Of a DNA stretch of 64,000 bases, positions 61,598-64,000 are shown in pieces; the stretch's first letter is position 1; each line of letters starts with the position of its first letter. Made by a program: the position numbers and the translations under genes. Source of the stretch: Malacoraja senta (taxonomy: Eukaryota); the NCBI GenBank assembly GCA_038087875.1, contig CM075987.1:17610001-17674000 (forward strand). Direction: 5' to 3'. A model generated the notes under the pieces. It worked only from the letters and a program-made list of their open reading frames with translations, had not been told where the DNA came from and ran no database searches.

Positions 61598-64000
61598 CTA
61601 GACAATAGACAATAGACAATACTTTAGGTGCAGGAGTAGGCCATTTGGCCCATCAAGCCAGCACCGCCATTCAGAACCACTGTGGCCCCTGGTTCTGGAC
61701 TCCCCCAACATCGGGAACATGTTTCCTGCCTCTAGTGTGTCCAAGCCCTTAACAATTTTATATGTTTCAATGAGATACCCTCTCATCCTTCTAAACTCCA
61801 GAGAGTACAAGCCCAGCTGCTCCATTCTCTCAGCATATGACAGTCCCGCCATCCCGGGAATTAACCTTGTAAACCTACGCTGCACTCCCTCAATAGCAAG
61901 AATGTCCTTCCTCAAATTAGGGGACCAAAACTGCACACAATACTCCAGGTGTGGTCTCACTAGGGCTCTATACAACTGCAGAAGGACCTCTTTGCTCCTA
62001 TATTCGATTCCTCTTGTTATAAAGGCCAACATGCCATTCGCTTTCTTCACTGCCTGCTGTACCTGCATGCTTACTTTCATAGACTGATGTACAAGGACCC
62101 CCAGATCCCATTGTACTTCCCCTTTTCCCAACTTGACGCCATTTTGATAGTAATCTGCCTTCCTGTTTTTGCTACCAAAGTGGACACATTTATCCGTATT
62201 AAACTTCATCCGAATTTGGAAACAAATAAAACAAAATTTAAAATTAAGAAATTTATCACTTTTATTACCTATAGTTAATAACCCTTCGTTTAATCCCTCT
62301 ATTATAGATAAAGGTTTTACACATTGGGATAGACTAGGAATTAAAACGCTTGGTGACTTGTATGAAACTGGAAAATTACTTTCATTTCAACAATTACAAA
62401 TAAAATATAAACTCGGAAATAATCAATATTTTAAATATTTTCAAATATGCGACTATTTGAAAAAATATACAAAAGATCATTATAATAACCCAGTAGATGT
62501 ATTGGATGAGGCAATGCAGATAAAAGCTGAATCAGCAAACTTAATATCATATTTGTATAATATTATCTTAAATGTATAAATACCATCTACGGAGGGTATC
62601 AGAAGAGACTGGGAACAAGAGTTAGCTATTAAAATTTCAAAGGAAAGTTGGAATGAACACTTATTAAACGTGCATAAATGTTCGATTAATGTAAGACACA
62701 CTTTAATACAATTTAAAATTTTACATAGATTATATTATTCGAAAACTAAAATTCATAAAATTTCCCCAAATGTATCATCTATTTGTGATAAATGTCAATC
62801 CCAAGAAGCTACTATAGCGCACTCATTCGTTTTCTGTACAAAAATTAAAACATTTTGGAATGAAATTTTTGAAATCTTTACAAAGTTATTTAAATTAAGA
62901 CTGATACCCAAAGCAGAATGGATTATCTTCGGAATAACGGAAGATGGCCCAGAACTAAATGTGTTTCAAAAGAAACTAATGGACTATGGGTTAATAACTG
63001 GAAAAAAGCTAATTCTAAAATTTTGGAAGAAGGCTCCAATACCAACTATAAATATGTGGACTTCAAATATGTTCGAAACATTACACCTAGAAGAGATAAG
63101 ACTCCTCCTAGCAGGTAAACCAGATCACTTCCACCTGACGTGGTCTGCATTTATAGAATTATTACAAATATAGGGTGCAAAAGTACTTAAAAAAAAAAAA
63201 TTGAGGTCAGGTAAGGGGGGATGCTAGTTGAAGAGTTGGTATGTCCCATTTACGTAATGCTCATAAAAATATTTGTTTCTCTCTTTTTCCTCTTTCTCTT
63301 TCTCTTTCTTTTCTAGGGTCTATTTCTTAACTCTTTTTCTTTTGTTTTTTAATTTTGCTCTTATAGGGTCTTCGTCCTTTTTTGTTGTCACATTTTCTAC
63401 ACTTTAACTTTTTCCTTCACTTTCTTCTTTCTTTCAATCTTTTCTTTTTCTAGTGTAAAAAATAAATGGAGTACATTAATTGTAAGAAGACATAAGTGAC
63501 GAGTACTAATGTATGTGGTTGTAATGTAATGTACTTCTAATAAATAAAATTAAAGAAAAAAAAAAAAACTTCATCTGCCATGCATCTGCCCACTCCCCCA
63601 ACCTGTCCAAGTCACCCTGCATTCTCATAGCATCCTCCTCACAGTTCACACTGCCACCCAGCTTTGTGTCATCTGCAAAGTTGCTAATGTTACTTTGAAT
63701 CCCTTCATCCAAATCATTGATATATATTGTAAATAGCTGCGGTCCCAGCACCGAGCCTTGCGGTACCCCACTAGTCACTGCCTGCCGTTCTGAAAGGGAC
63801 CTGTTAATCCCAACTCTTTGTTTCCTGTCTGCCAACCACTTCTCTATCCATGTCAGCACTCTACCCCAATACCATGTGCCCTAATTTTGCCCACTAATCC
63901 CCTATGTGAGACCTTATCAAATGCTTTCTGAAAGTCCAGGTACACTACATCCACTGGCTCTCCCTTGTCCATTTTCCTAGTTACATCTTCAAAAAATTCC
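61598..64000 (-). mobile_element. CR1 LINE split by an L1 insertion
   Basis: ORF 63506-63859 (WQMKF) continues in ORF 61598-62209 (MKFNTDKC). Confidence 0.9.
62211..63565 (+). mobile_element. L1/Tx1 LINE, 5'-truncated, with poly(A) and 10-bp TSD
   Basis: QFKILHRLY, CDKC..x8..HSFVFC; AATAAA plus poly(A); TSD aaacttcatc at 62201-62210 and 63566-63575. Confidence 0.92.

Overview
This is eukaryotic, repeat-dense vertebrate DNA, most likely a cartilaginous fish such as a skate or ray. That assignment is inferred from HE1/V-SINE-type SINEs and the CR1, L2, Rex-Babar, Penelope and L1 content. The window holds the middle of one + strand host gene, an ADAM disintegrin-metalloprotease that best resembles ADAM15. 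I could read 12 coding exons (5977-58101, 1501 nt), all with canonical AG/GT sites and consistent phases. They cover the prodomain with its cysteine switch, a furin site (RMKR), an intact HELGHNLGLTHD zinc motif with Met-turn, the disintegrin domain and the Cys-rich domain. Two expected metalloprotease exons are absent and probably lie in the 200-N gap (32816-33015). The first and last exons appear to lie outside the window. Almost all other ORFs in the track are retroposon fragments or their antisense shadows. I see no evidence of a wholly new gene system. The best leads are: small Penelope-derived insertions carrying minimal hammerhead-ribozyme motifs, one of them palindromic with a 16-bp TSD; a 5'-inverted CR1; an RGE at the human RGD position; an intra-exon duplication; and inverted CR1 copies bracketing a symmetric exon. 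TE boundaries are approximate. Family names and comparisons to human ADAM15 come from memory, not from database searches.
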